Source: a bacterium (GTDB lineage Bacteria > RBG-13-61-14 > DATKZS01). Taken from it: a stretch of 64,000 nucleotides of DNA. The DNA lies in contig CAXXFL010000006.1 in NCBI GenBank assembly GCA_963674965.2, positions 1,024,001 to 1,088,000 on the forward strand, in the 5' to 3' direction. The position numbers and the translations under genes are program-made. Positions 18,590 to 27,845 of this stretch are shown piece by piece. Under the pieces are notes generated by a model, which worked only from the letters and a program-made list of their open reading frames with translations, was not told the origin of the DNA and did not search any database. Each line of letters begins with the position of its first letter. Positions within the stretch are counted from its first letter, which is position 1.

Positions 18590-20833
18590 CTACATCCCCT
18601 TGAACGGGTTCATGCCGATTTCCTCGATCGTCTCCATGAACTCGTTGATGATCTGGGGCACGCGCTCGTAGTCGGTGATCTCGATCTCGTGCAGCGCCAC
18701 CCGCTCGTCCTCGAGGGCCATCTGCTGGAGTTTCTCCCGCACGTTCGAGCTCCTGGCCACCATCATCTCGGAACCCTTCACGAAGTGGCACTGATAGTCG
18801 TCGCCGTGCTTGCAGCCCATCAGGATGATCCCGTCGTAGCCCTTGGAAAGCGCCTCGTTGATCCACACGATGTTGACCGAGCCGAGGCAGCGGACCGGGA
18901 TGACGCGCACGAAGGGGCTGTAGCTGATGCCCAGGACGCCGGCCTGGTCCAGCGCCGGATAGGCGTCGTTCTCGCAGGCCAGGAGAAGCACGCGGGGCTT
19001 CTCGTCGTACTCGTCGGGGACCTCGACGGCCTTGATCATGTTGGCCACCATGTCCACGCTGTAATCCTTGAAGCTGATGATGCGCTCGGGGCAGGCGCCC
19101 ATGCACACGCCGCAGCGGCGGCAACGGGTCGGGTTGGGCAGAGGCGTTCCCTTTACGTCCTCGTTAAGGACGCCGAAGGGGCACTCCTCGGTGCAGCGCT
19201 TGCACTGGGTGCAGCGCTGGAGGAAAAATTCCGGATAGGACTGGTCGCCGGCGCGGGGATGGACGGCCTCGCCCCGCGAGGTCACCTCGACGCACTGGAT
19301 GGCCTTGAGGGCCGCTCCCATGGCGTCCTCCTGGGCCCCCTGGAGGTCCATGGGCGAACGAACGCAGCCGCACGGATAAATGCCGGTGCGGCGCGACTCG
19401 TAGGGGAAGCAGATGAAATGGGAGTCGGGGTATCCCCAGGTCAGGGACGGAAGGTCCGGACCCTGGCGGTAATCCAGGTTGAGGATGGCCGTGCCCTCGT
19501 GTTTTTTATACTCCTCGAGGTTCTTCTTGGCCATGTCCATCTGGGCCCCCTCCTCGCCCTTGGCGATGGTGGCCTTGGCGTCGATGACGATCCTGATCTT
19601 CTCGCCGTCGGCCGCGATGGGGACCATCCCCACGCCCAGGACGACCATGTCCACGGATATCTCGAGGTCCTCGCCGAGCAGGGTGTCGTCCACCAGGGCC
19701 TTGAGCTTGCCGCCCGACTCCTCGACCGAGACCACGTTGCCCTTGGTCATGAAGACGCCCGGGTCCTGCTGCGCGCTCTTGTAGAACAGTTCGTTGTGCC
19801 CCGGGGCCTTGAAGTGGTCGTAAACCACGTAGGCCTTGCCGTTGGGGTTCTTTTCCCTAACGTAGAGCGCCTGCTTGAGGGCGTTCAGGGAGTTGATGGA
19901 GGAACTGTAGGAGAACTGGTCCGGCTCGGGGGACCCTTCGTTCTGCACGAAAAGCACCGACGCGGCGGGCTGTCCGTCGGAGGGCCTGACGATCTTTCCG
20001 CTCTTGGCCATTTCCTCGAACTTAACGCTGGTGACCACGTCGGGGATTTGCTTGAACCCGAGGTGGGACAGGTGGTCCGGGTCCGCCGGGACCCATCCGG
20101 TCGCCTGGATGATGGCGCCGGCGATGAAGTTTTCCCCGCTCTCGAGCGTGACGTCGAACATGCCGGGCGCGCCCTTGATCTTCTTGATCACGGCGCCGGT
20201 ATAGACGGTGATGTTCTCGTTATTGGAGACGGCGTCGATCAGGGCCTCGATGCCGGTGTCCTCCAGGTCCTGGTAGGGCGCCTCGTGAGGAATGCTCTTG
20301 TAGAGCCTGGCCGCCATGCCGCCCAGTTGTCCTTCCTTCTCCAGCAGGTAGACCTTGTACCCGGTGACGGCGCACTCGAGGGCCGCCGTGAGACCGGCCA
20401 TGCCGCCGCCGACCACCATAATGTCCTTGTTGATCTTGTCGTGGTCGGGGAAAGGCTCGACGTAGTCCATTTTCTTGACCTTGGTGATGGCCATTCTCAG
20501 GTAATCCTCGGCCATCATCTGGGTGTCTTCCTCGCCCGCCGGCTGGCACCAGGCCACCTGTTCCCGAATGTTGGCGTAATCCACCAGCACGGTCTTGGGG
20601 AACTCGTTCCTTTTATAAAACCTGAAGGTCGGGCCGGCGATAACCAGGCGGGTAATGCCCTCGCTCTCGATATCCTTATGTATCGCCTTGAGGTCGTCGT
20701 CCTCGCAGGAGCCGATCTCCTTCACGATATCGGCCTTGAACTCGCTGGAGGCGACCTTTTTCATGGCCTCCACGTCGATGGCCTCGCCGATGCCGTATCC
20801 CGTGCAAATGTATACAGCTAGTTTATTTTCCAC
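18590..20833 (-). CDS. qmoB: Qmo subunit B (HdrA-like FAD domain + ferredoxin + MvhD-like domain)
   Basis: VVGGGMAG, DSHFICFPYESRRTGIY, CTQCKRCTEECP, CRRCGVCMGACP, ACENDAY..RCLGS..GCKHGDDYQCHF. Confidence 0.95.
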   Translation of the reverse strand: MENKLAVYICTGYGIGEAIDVEAMKKVASSEFKADIVKEIGSCEDDDLKAIHKDIESEGITRLVIAGPTFRFYKRNEFPKTVLVDYANIREQVAWCQPAGEEDTQMMAEDYLRMAITKVKKMDYVEPFPDHDKINKDIMVVGGGMAGLTAALECAVTGYKVYLLEKEGQLGGMAARLYKSIPHEAPYQDLEDTGIEALIDAVSNNENITVYTGAVIKKIKGAPGMFDVTLESGENFIAGAIIQATGWVPADPDHLSHLGFKQIPDVVTSVKFEEMAKSGKIVRPSDGQPAASVLFVQNEGSPEPDQFSYSSSINSLNALKQALYVREKNPNGKAYVVYDHFKAPGHNELFYKSAQQDPGVFMTKGNVVSVEESGGKLKALVDDTLLGEDLEISVDMVVLGVGMVPIAADGEKIRIVIDAKATIAKGEEGAQMDMAKKNLEEYKKHEGTAILNLDYRQGPDLPSLTWGYPDSHFICFPYESRRTGIYPCGCVRSPMDLQGAQEDAMGAALKAIQCVEVTSRGEAVHPRAGDQSYPEFFLQRCTQCKRCTEECPFGVLNEDVKGTPLPNPTRCRRCGVCMGACPERIISFKDYSVDMVANMIKAVEVPDEYDEKPRVLLLACENDAYPALDQAGVLGISYSPFVRVIPVRCLGSVNIVWINEALSKGYDGIILMGCKHGDDYQCHFVKGSEMMVARSSNVREKLQQMALEDERVALHEIEITDYERVPQIINEFMETIEEIGMNPFKGM

Positions 20834-20838
20834 GGTCC

Positions 20839-22091
20839 TTACCTCCTCACTATCTGTATGGCCTTGAGAGCCGCGGCGGTCGCGTCCTTAACCGAGCGCG
20901 AGACGTCAAGGGGCCTCTTGGCGCAGCCGGCGCCGATGATCCCGGCCTTCTGGTCGTCGACCACGAAGCCGTTCTCGTCATAGCGGGCCGGGGCCCCGGG
21001 CAGCTTGTCGTCGGCCGTATTGGGGACCACGCCGGCGGCCAGGACGGCCATGTCGAACTTGGCCTCCATTTTATGGCCCTTGAGCATCTCCTCGACGTGT
21101 AGGACCGGGCAGCCGTTCTCGCCCTCGGTGATCTTGGGGACTTTGCCCTTGACGAACTTGACCTTTTCGTCGCCGAGCAGGTCGTAATAGAATTTCTCGA
21201 GCCTGCCGATGGTCCGGATATCGATGTAGAAGACGGTGATCTCCGCGTCCGGGCATTGCTCGCGCAGATACCTTACCTGCTGAGGGTGCCCATGCAGCAC
21301 ACGCCTGAGCAGTAGGGAAGATGGTTCTCGTCGCGCGATCCCACGCACTGGACGAAGGCCACGCTCTTGGGCGCCTCGCCGTCGGAGGGCCGCTGGATTT
21401 TGCCGCTGGTGGGACCGTTCTTGGCCGCCAGGCGCTCCATTTGAACGTTGTTGACCACGTTCTGAATCTTGCCGAACCCGAGCTCGGCGAAGTTCTTGGC
21501 GTCAAAGGGCTTCCAGCCGGTGGCGAGAACGATGGCTCCCACCTTGATCTCGAACTCCTCCTCCTTCTGGTCCAGGTCGATGGCGCCAGCGGGCTCGGCC
21601 GCCTTGAGGGCCTCGACCTCGGCGCCGGTAAGGGCGTCCTTGTCGAGCACGTGCTGATAGGGAAAAGCCATCAGGTGAGGCAGGGCCAGGGCCTTCCTCG
21701 TGTTCATGCCCAGGTTGTAATCGTCCGGCACCTCGGTGGTGACGGCCTCGAGCTGGGCCTTGCCGATGGGCTGCTTGCCCGTGACGTAGCGCGGACGCGC
21801 CTTGATTTTTACCGTGTAGTCCCCCGCCTCGCCGCTGACCCCTGTCACCTCGGCCATGGTGTAAACCGCGATCCTCGGGTTGTTCTTGACTCGCTTGAAG
21901 TTGATCTCGAGGCCGCAGGTGGGGGGGCACATCTTGGGGAAGTACTGGTACATGCGCGCCACCCTGCCTCCAAGGTAAGGCTCGCGCTCGACCAGGACGA
22001 CCTCATACCCAACCTCGGCGGCCTCAACGGCGGTAGTTATACCGCTGATTCCGCCGCCCACTACCAGGATTTTTTTCGATTCCACACTCAT
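20839..22091 (-). pseudogene. qmoA: Qmo subunit A (HdrA-like), interrupted by an apparent 1-nt deletion near 21281 (real or assembly error)
   Basis: N-part 22091-21273 (VVGGGISG, YFPKMCPPTCG, FVQCVGSRD..YCSGVCC) stops at TAA. C-part (QVRYLREQ..FYIDIR..GCAKRPLDV..DATAAALKAIQ) continues in another frame. Restoring one A gives CTC AAG CAG (L-K-Q). Confidence 0.9.
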
Positions 22092-22103
22092 GTCCACTCC
22101 ATT

Positions 22104-22940
22104 TCAAACGTTTTGTTTGGACTTTAAAAGCTCGACCTCCCGCTCGCTCAAAAGCTCCTTGTTTACCTCGATCGTCATCTCTCCAAAGATGGCGAACCTG
22201 AGCCAGCGAAAGGCGAACCTCATCAACTCTATATCGTCGGACCTCAACTTGTCCTCGAGCCCCTCCTCGAGCTTGAAGCGCCTGAGGAAAGGACTCTCGA
22301 AGACGAACCTTCTGAACTTGTCGAGGTCATAGCAGGCCATGTAAAACATTTCCATCCGGGCGGGATCGAGTTCCTTCTGGGAGAGATAGGGATGGAGAAG
22401 AAGCTTCTTGAAAAGCTCTCCCGCCTCCTCGTACTCGCCTACTCCCTGGTTCTCGGTCCACTCGGCCACGGTCCATTCCCTGTCCTCCTCGTAGCCCTTG
22501 CAGTGGTCCTCATGCATCAGGAAATAGAAACCCTCGCCTTGTACCCCCGGATCGCCGGGCGCGGCCTGTCCCACCGGGTACATCCGGCAGGGCCAGGGCC
22601 TGTCTGAATAGACGCTGCAGCCATCCTTCTTGACGAAGGGGCAGGACTTCTTGTCGTTGTCCATCATGCGGAGGAAAACGAAAGGCAGCTTCTGGTCCTC
22701 GGAAAAAGGCACGAAAGTGTACTTGGCTAGAAAGTCCGACGTGCTCATATTGAGACGCCTGCTCATCCTGAGCACGTCCAGGGGAGTAAGGGTGATGTTA
22801 ACGTTGCCGCAACAGGCGTTGAAGCAGGGCACCCCCGGATGGCAGGCGAACTTGAATTTATCCTTGACCGAAAGGCGCGGGGCCTTCTCGAGTATCTCCC
22901 GGGCCAGGGCCTCCCTTTCCTTCATGGCGTCGTCGTTCAT
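22104..22940 (-). CDS. YkgJ-family (CxxCxxCC) cysteine cluster protein
   Basis: FACHPGVPCFNACC..LTPLD, CPF..GCSVYSDRPWPCRMYP. Confidence 0.85.
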   Translation of the reverse strand: MNDDAMKEREALAREILEKAPRLSVKDKFKFACHPGVPCFNACCGNVNITLTPLDVLRMSRRLNMSTSDFLAKYTFVPFSEDQKLPFVFLRMMDNDKKSCPFVKKDGCSVYSDRPWPCRMYPVGQAAPGDPGVQGEGFYFLMHEDHCKGYEEDREWTVAEWTENQGVGEYEEAGELFKKLLLHPYLSQKELDPARMEMFYMACYDLDKFRRFVFESPFLRRFKLEEGLEDKLRSDDIELMRFAFRWLRFAIFGEMTIEVNKELLSEREVELLKSKQNV

Positions 22941-22941
22941 C

Positions 22942-23223
22942 TCAATCCTCGTCGTCCGCCAGGACGTAATCCTTGTGGGCGTCCTGGGACCAGACGGGAA
23001 GCGGCCCGCATTTGCCCGTCGACGGGTTCATGCGGCAGCGGTATGACGCCTTCTGCTGGTAATTGTTAAACATGTATTCCCAGCCCCTGACGTAGTAGTC
23101 GCACTCGTCGTTGAAGCACACGTAGTGGAACGGCTCGCTCCAGGTCGAGTCGCCGGGAACCTTCCATCGCTTCATCTTACTTCCGCAATGGGGGCAAGAT
23201 GGAGCATCCTCTTTATTAGTCAT
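22942..23223 (-). CDS. Small zinc-ribbon protein (Ogr/Delta-like)
   Basis: CPHC..CFNDEC Zn ligands; abuts the YkgJ gene (1-bp gap). Confidence 0.75.
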   Translation of the reverse strand: MTNKEDAPSCPHCGSKMKRWKVPGDSTWSEPFHYVCFNDECDYYVRGWEYMFNNYQQKASYRCRMNPSTGKCGPLPVWSQDAHKDYVLADDED

Positions 23224-23411
23224 TCTTTCCGCCCTCTGTTTATTTTATTAGGAAGCTTGTTACTTCGCGGCCTTGTCACGGCTTTCTCTTCGTGTCTCCC
23301 GGCCGGGAAGACCGGTCCGGAATTCGGTCTCGTTTACGAGAACAACGGTTCGGTCTGGCGGAAACGCGCGTTTCGACGTTGATCTTCAGCGCTCGAGTAA
23401 AACGCAAATCC

Positions 23412-23441
23412 CCGGGCGCCGCCGTTTAAGGCGACGCCCGG
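23412..23441 (-). terminator. Stem-loop after aprA (terminator or mRNA stabiliser)
   Basis: CCGGGCGCCGCC-GTTTAA-GGCGACGCCCGG with only a weak U-tract. Confidence 0.55.
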
Positions 23442-23478
23442 AGTGACCGCGTGATTTAAATCAGGTCCAATGGTCGAA

Positions 23479-25362
23479 TCAGGTCAGCTCGATGACCGGC
23501 CTCTTGACCATTTCCCACTCGCCCTTGGCGGGATGCCAAATGGCGTTGGCGAAGACCTTCCAGTCGTCCTTCATTTCCGGGAAGTCGGCGCGGCGGTAGT
23601 AACCGGGCCACCTGGTCTCCTCGCGGAAGAGGATGGTGCGGACGTGGACTTCGGCCTGCCACATGCGCTGTATGTTCTCCCAGCACCTCATGAGCTCGTG
23701 CAGGTCCTCGGCGGCAAGGTTGGCGGAGTCGGTCTTGAGCCAACCGAGCAGCTCGAGAGCGCGGTCGAGGCAGGGCTTGTTGGTCGAGAAGTTGGCGGTA
23801 ACGCCGGCGGCGTACTCGTCCATGATCTTCTGCAGGCGGAACATGAACATCTTAGGCCTGATGTAGTTGGGGTTGATGTCCGGGTCGGTGGTCTTGCCCT
23901 TGTTCTCCTCGAAAATCTTGAGGGGAGCAAGGATGGTCGCTTTCAGCTTCTCGACGGCGCCCGCGTCCACGTTGGGCTGGGAGTTGTTGTCGAGGATGAA
24001 GCGTATGGCCGCCTTGGCCGCGATCCTGCCCTCGGCGTGGGAGCCGGAGGAGAACTTGTGGCTGGAGGCGCCGGAGGCGTCGCCCGCGCAGAACAGACCC
24101 TTGATGGTGGACATGTTCTCATAGCCCCAGAAGTACTCGGCGGGGGCCAGGTCCTGGGGACCGGAGACCCAGGCGCCGGAGGCGCCGGAGTGGGAGCCGA
24201 TGAAGTAAGGCTCGGCGGCGGCGATCTCGGAGGATTTCTCCTCGGGCTGCACGTCGCTGGCGGCCCAGAGGATGGCCTGGGAGATGGTCATGTCCAGGAA
24301 GTCTTCCCACGCCTCGGCCTCGAGCTCCTTCATTTTCTTCTTGAACTCTTTCTCGTCGTCCTTGTACTGGTTGGCTATGTTCTGGATGGCCTCTTCCGTC
24401 CTCATGTAGATGGGGCCGAGACCGTCGTTGATGTCCATCATGCCCAGCCAGTTGCGGAGGTTCGCCGGGATGGGCTTGACCACTCCGTAGGGTTTCCACT
24501 TATCGAGCTCGGCTTTCCTCTCGACCATGTACTCGCCGCCGAAGGCGTTGGTGGCGCGGGACTTGAACAGGAGGAACCAGGCTCCGACCGGTCCATAACC
24601 GTCCTTGAAGCGGACGGGGATGAAGCGGACTTCCTGGCAGGTGAGCTCGGCGCCGGCCTTGGCGCAGAAGTAGGTGGAGGAGCCGGAGTTCCAGGGCGGA
24701 TACCAGGCGCGCCCGAGGCCCTCACCGGTGCTCCGGGGACGGAACACGTGGACCGCGCCGCCCATGAGGGACATAACGGCCTTGGCCTTGATGACGTAGA
24801 ACTTGTTCTCGCGGACCGAGAAGCCGACGGCCCCGGCGATCCTTTCGCCGTCCATGAGCGGCTCGACGAGGAACACGCGCTCGAGAATCTGGCCGTCGTC
24901 GCCCAGGTTCTTCATCGAGTTCTTGGCGGCCTCGGCCACGATGACCTTGTAGGACTCGCCGTTGATCATGAGCTGCCAGCGGCCCTCATGCACGTATCCG
25001 CCGTTCTCGTCCTTCCAGATGGGCAGGCCCCACTTCTCGAAGAGGTGGACCGAGCTGTCGACGTGGCGGGCGATGGAGAAGACCAGGTCGTCGCGGGCGA
25101 TGCCCATGAGGTCCTGCTTCACGTATTTCACGTAGTCCTCGACGGTGTTGTCGCCGTCTTTGATTCCCACGTACTGGTTGATGGCGGAAAGGCCCATGGC
25201 CACGGCGCCGGAGCGGTCCATGGCGGCCTTGTCGACCACGGTCACTTTCAGGCCGTTCTTCTTGGCCCAATAGGCGGCCTCGAAGGCGGCGCCGGAGGCG
25301 CTCATGCCGCCGCCGATGATCAGAAGATCGGTGGTGATTTCAACGTTTTCAAAGTTTTGCAT
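23479..25362 (-). CDS. aprA: Adenylyl-sulfate (APS) reductase alpha subunit
   Basis: IIGGGMS, RSGAVAMGLSAINQY, WQLMINGESYK, RFKDGYGPVGAWFL, EAWEDFLDMT, HKFSSGSHAEGRI, REETRWPGYY. Confidence 0.97.
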   Translation of the reverse strand: MQNFENVEITTDLLIIGGGMSASGAAFEAAYWAKKNGLKVTVVDKAAMDRSGAVAMGLSAINQYVGIKDGDNTVEDYVKYVKQDLMGIARDDLVFSIARHVDSSVHLFEKWGLPIWKDENGGYVHEGRWQLMINGESYKVIVAEAAKNSMKNLGDDGQILERVFLVEPLMDGERIAGAVGFSVRENKFYVIKAKAVMSLMGGAVHVFRPRSTGEGLGRAWYPPWNSGSSTYFCAKAGAELTCQEVRFIPVRFKDGYGPVGAWFLLFKSRATNAFGGEYMVERKAELDKWKPYGVVKPIPANLRNWLGMMDINDGLGPIYMRTEEAIQNIANQYKDDEKEFKKKMKELEAEAWEDFLDMTISQAILWAASDVQPEEKSSEIAAAEPYFIGSHSGASGAWVSGPQDLAPAEYFWGYENMSTIKGLFCAGDASGASSHKFSSGSHAEGRIAAKAAIRFILDNNSQPNVDAGAVEKLKATILAPLKIFEENKGKTTDPDINPNYIRPKMFMFRLQKIMDEYAAGVTANFSTNKPCLDRALELLGWLKTDSANLAAEDLHELMRCWENIQRMWQAEVHVRTILFREETRWPGYYRRADFPEMKDDWKVFANAIWHPAKGEWEMVKRPVIELT

Positions 25363-25377
25363 GGGACTCCTCCTTAC

Positions 25378-25818
25378 TTACTTTTTGGTCACTACGGCGT
25401 CGAGGCCAAGTGAAGCCGGCTCGGTATGGAGGGTAAAGTCCTTGATGTCTCCACTTCCGTCGCCGAAACCGCCGTCCGGTACCGCCGATCCCTCGGGGGT
25501 GGTACGGATGGGGAACTTGAACCTTTTCACCTGTCCGCTGCGGAACTTGACCGTCCACATGATGGAGTCGGTGCTGCGCATCGGGGTAACCGAGGCGCCC
25601 ATGGGCACGAAATCGGCGTAACCGCGGCACTCAACGGCCTGGGTCGGGCAAATCTTTACGCAGTTGTAGCACTCCCAGCACATCTCGGGGGCGCGGTTGT
25701 AGGCCTTCATGAGGTCCTTGTTGAGGACCATAAGGTCGTTGGGGCAAATGTACTGGCAAGCCGTCTTGTCCAGCGCCTTGCAACCGTCGCATTTTTCGGG
25801 ATTGACAAAGCTTGGCAT
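25378..25818 (-). CDS. aprB: APS reductase beta subunit
   Basis: CDGCK..ACQYICP, CWECYNCVKICP, RGYADF, FKFPIRTTPEGS. Confidence 0.97.
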   Translation of the reverse strand: MPSFVNPEKCDGCKALDKTACQYICPNDLMVLNKDLMKAYNRAPEMCWECYNCVKICPTQAVECRGYADFVPMGASVTPMRSTDSIMWTVKFRSGQVKRFKFPIRTTPEGSAVPDGGFGDGSGDIKDFTLHTEPASLGLDAVVTKK

Positions 25819-25964
25819 ATTTTTTCCTCCTGTTTCTAAAATTTAATTTCAGGGAAATTCATTCCCATTGATACGCCACTGTTTCCTGGTTTCATTTCGA
25901 TTTGTTTACCGTTTAAGATCGCACCTCCTTAATCGTCAATAAACTACGCCTTATTACTATATAT

Positions 25965-27185
25965 TCAGTCCTTCTTCGTGTCGCCGGTGGCCGCGCCGTG
26001 CAGCTTTATCTCCACTTTTTCGTCGAGGTTTTTGTAGTAGTCCTGGAGGATCTTCACCACCTCGGGCCTGGAGAACTCGGCCGGCAGGTCTCCACCCTCG
26101 GAGAGGGTCTTCCTGACCATGGTGCCGGAAAGAAGAAGGCGGTCTTCCTTGCCGTGGGGGCAGGTCTTCATCGAGGCCATGCCTCCGCACTTGTAGCAGT
26201 GGAAGGTCCAGTCGATTTTAAGGGGACGAAGAACGAGCGATCCCTCGGGAATCTCGTCGAAGATGTTCTGAGCGTCGAAGGGGCCATAGTAGTCTCCCAC
26301 GCCCGCGTGGTCGCGGCCGACGATCAGATGGGAGCAGCCGTAGTTCTGGCGGAACACGGCGTGGAGAAGGGCCTCCCGAGGTCCGCCGTAGCGCATCTCC
26401 ATGGGATAGCCCTTGGAAATGATGGTGTCCTTCACGAAGTAGTTGTCGGCAAGGGCGTTGATCGCCTTGACCCGGACGTCGGCGGGAATGTCGCCGGCTT
26501 TGAGCTTGCCGAGAATCTGGTGGATGATCACGCCGTCCATGACCTCGACGGCGATCTTGCACAGGAACTCGTGGGAGCGGTGCATGGGGTTCCTGGTCTG
26601 GAAGGCCGCAACCCGGCGCCATCCCTTTTCCTCGAAAATCTTGCGGGTCTGCTCGGGACGCGCGTAAAGGTCGCCGTACTCCTCGGGGAAGGTCCCCTCG
26701 GAAAGGGCCTTGATGGGTCCGCCCAGGTTGTACTTCTTCTGGGCCATGACCTTGGCCACGCCCGGGTGCTCCGTATCGGCGGTGGTGAACACCTTCTTGC
26801 ACTCGTGCTCTTTATCGATGGTGTATTTCTCTTTGACCTTCATGGTGGCCATGACGGTCCCGGACTCCTCGTCCACCAGGGCGATCTCGTCGCCTTCCTT
26901 GACGCCCTCATCGTCGGTCGAGACGGTGATGGGAATGGGCCAGAAAACGCCGTTGGCCATCTGCATTTTGTCGCAAACGCCCTGCCAGTCGGCCTTGCCC
27001 ATGAACCCCTCGAGGGGAGTGAAGGCGCCGATGCCCATCATGATGATGTCGCAGGTTTCGCGGCTGGTGATGTTGATCTTTTTAAGGCCCTGGGCCTTTT
27101 TCAGTTCATCCTCCCTGGCCTTGCCCTCGAGGAGCAAGGGTTTGAGAGTATCCGATCCATGAGGGGGTACCAACGATCCCGCCAT
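25965..27185 (-). CDS. sat: Sulfate adenylyltransferase (dissimilatory-type ATP sulfurylase)
   Basis: [61 protein letters not shown]. Confidence 0.97.
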   Translation of the reverse strand: MAGSLVPPHGSDTLKPLLLEGKAREDELKKAQGLKKINITSRETCDIIMMGIGAFTPLEGFMGKADWQGVCDKMQMANGVFWPIPITVSTDDEGVKEGDEIALVDEESGTVMATMKVKEKYTIDKEHECKKVFTTADTEHPGVAKVMAQKKYNLGGPIKALSEGTFPEEYGDLYARPEQTRKIFEEKGWRRVAAFQTRNPMHRSHEFLCKIAVEVMDGVIIHQILGKLKAGDIPADVRVKAINALADNYFVKDTIISKGYPMEMRYGGPREALLHAVFRQNYGCSHLIVGRDHAGVGDYYGPFDAQNIFDEIPEGSLVLRPLKIDWTFHCYKCGGMASMKTCPHGKEDRLLLSGTMVRKTLSEGGDLPAEFSRPEVVKILQDYYKNLDEKVEIKLHGAATGDTKKD

Positions 27186-27618
27186 TTTCGAGACTCCTTT
27201 CTGTTTGTGAGTAAGTTTCAGGTCGCTACGCCGGAAAAAGCACCGGTTTCGTTCCCATTCGGTAAATATTATCGTCTTTTTTCAATCCTTAAGAAATCTA
27301 TCGTAAAACGCAAATATCTCCTTTCCCGCCCCGCCGGAGCCGGAAAAGAGTAATTTTCAGTGATTTTCCAGATGGACCCTTTTTTCATTCCCAGTCCGGA
27401 TGTGCCGGACAACTCCTTATTTTCTAATACTTTTCTTACTTTAAGGGATGGGTGATGGACATGGGAACTATACAAATTACCTTAGAGGTTTATATTCCCA
27501 AAAACCCAATTAGAAAAAGGTTAAAACAATATTAAAATTTTATAATTACACCAGGATAACTGCTTTTGAACTCCACGAAACTTTCAACGGGCATGTCCAC
27601 ATCCCCTTGGAAGATGGA

Positions 27619-27647
27619 ATACTATCATGGAAATTTTTACAAGTCAA
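27619..27647 (-). promoter_or_regulatory. Candidate sigma70 promoter of the sat-apr operon with an overlapping Rex-like operator
   Basis: Minus strand TTGACT-17 bp-TAGTAT. Spacer region TTGTAAAAATTTCCATGA (27625-27642) matches the Rex consensus TTGTGAA-N4-TTCACAA at 10/14 positions. Confidence 0.55.
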
Positions 27648-27845
27648 ATCATAAACACGGGGCTTTAGTCATTTTTTTACTTTTTTCATCGGCCCTTAAA
27701 AAGCCCTTTGGCTTGTTTTAAATCGAAAAATCTGACATAATCGAAAAACTATCGATCCGAAAGGTTACAAAATATGTTAAGTTTCGATTCAAAGTATTCG
27801 GTATACTTGACAAATCACAGGTGAAGCAAAGGAATAAGCATCAAG

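Noticed and set aside
21270..21290. Selenocysteine readthrough or programmed frameshift in qmoA
   Set aside because: The stop is TAA, the continuation is in another frame, and no slippery sequence is present
20839..21348. Independent 169-aa gene
   Set aside because: It is the C-terminal part of qmoA; its first ~20 residues are out-of-frame sequence
27440..27612. 6S RNA
   Set aside because: Only the closing stem pairs; there is no extended rod with a central bubble and the usual gene context is absent
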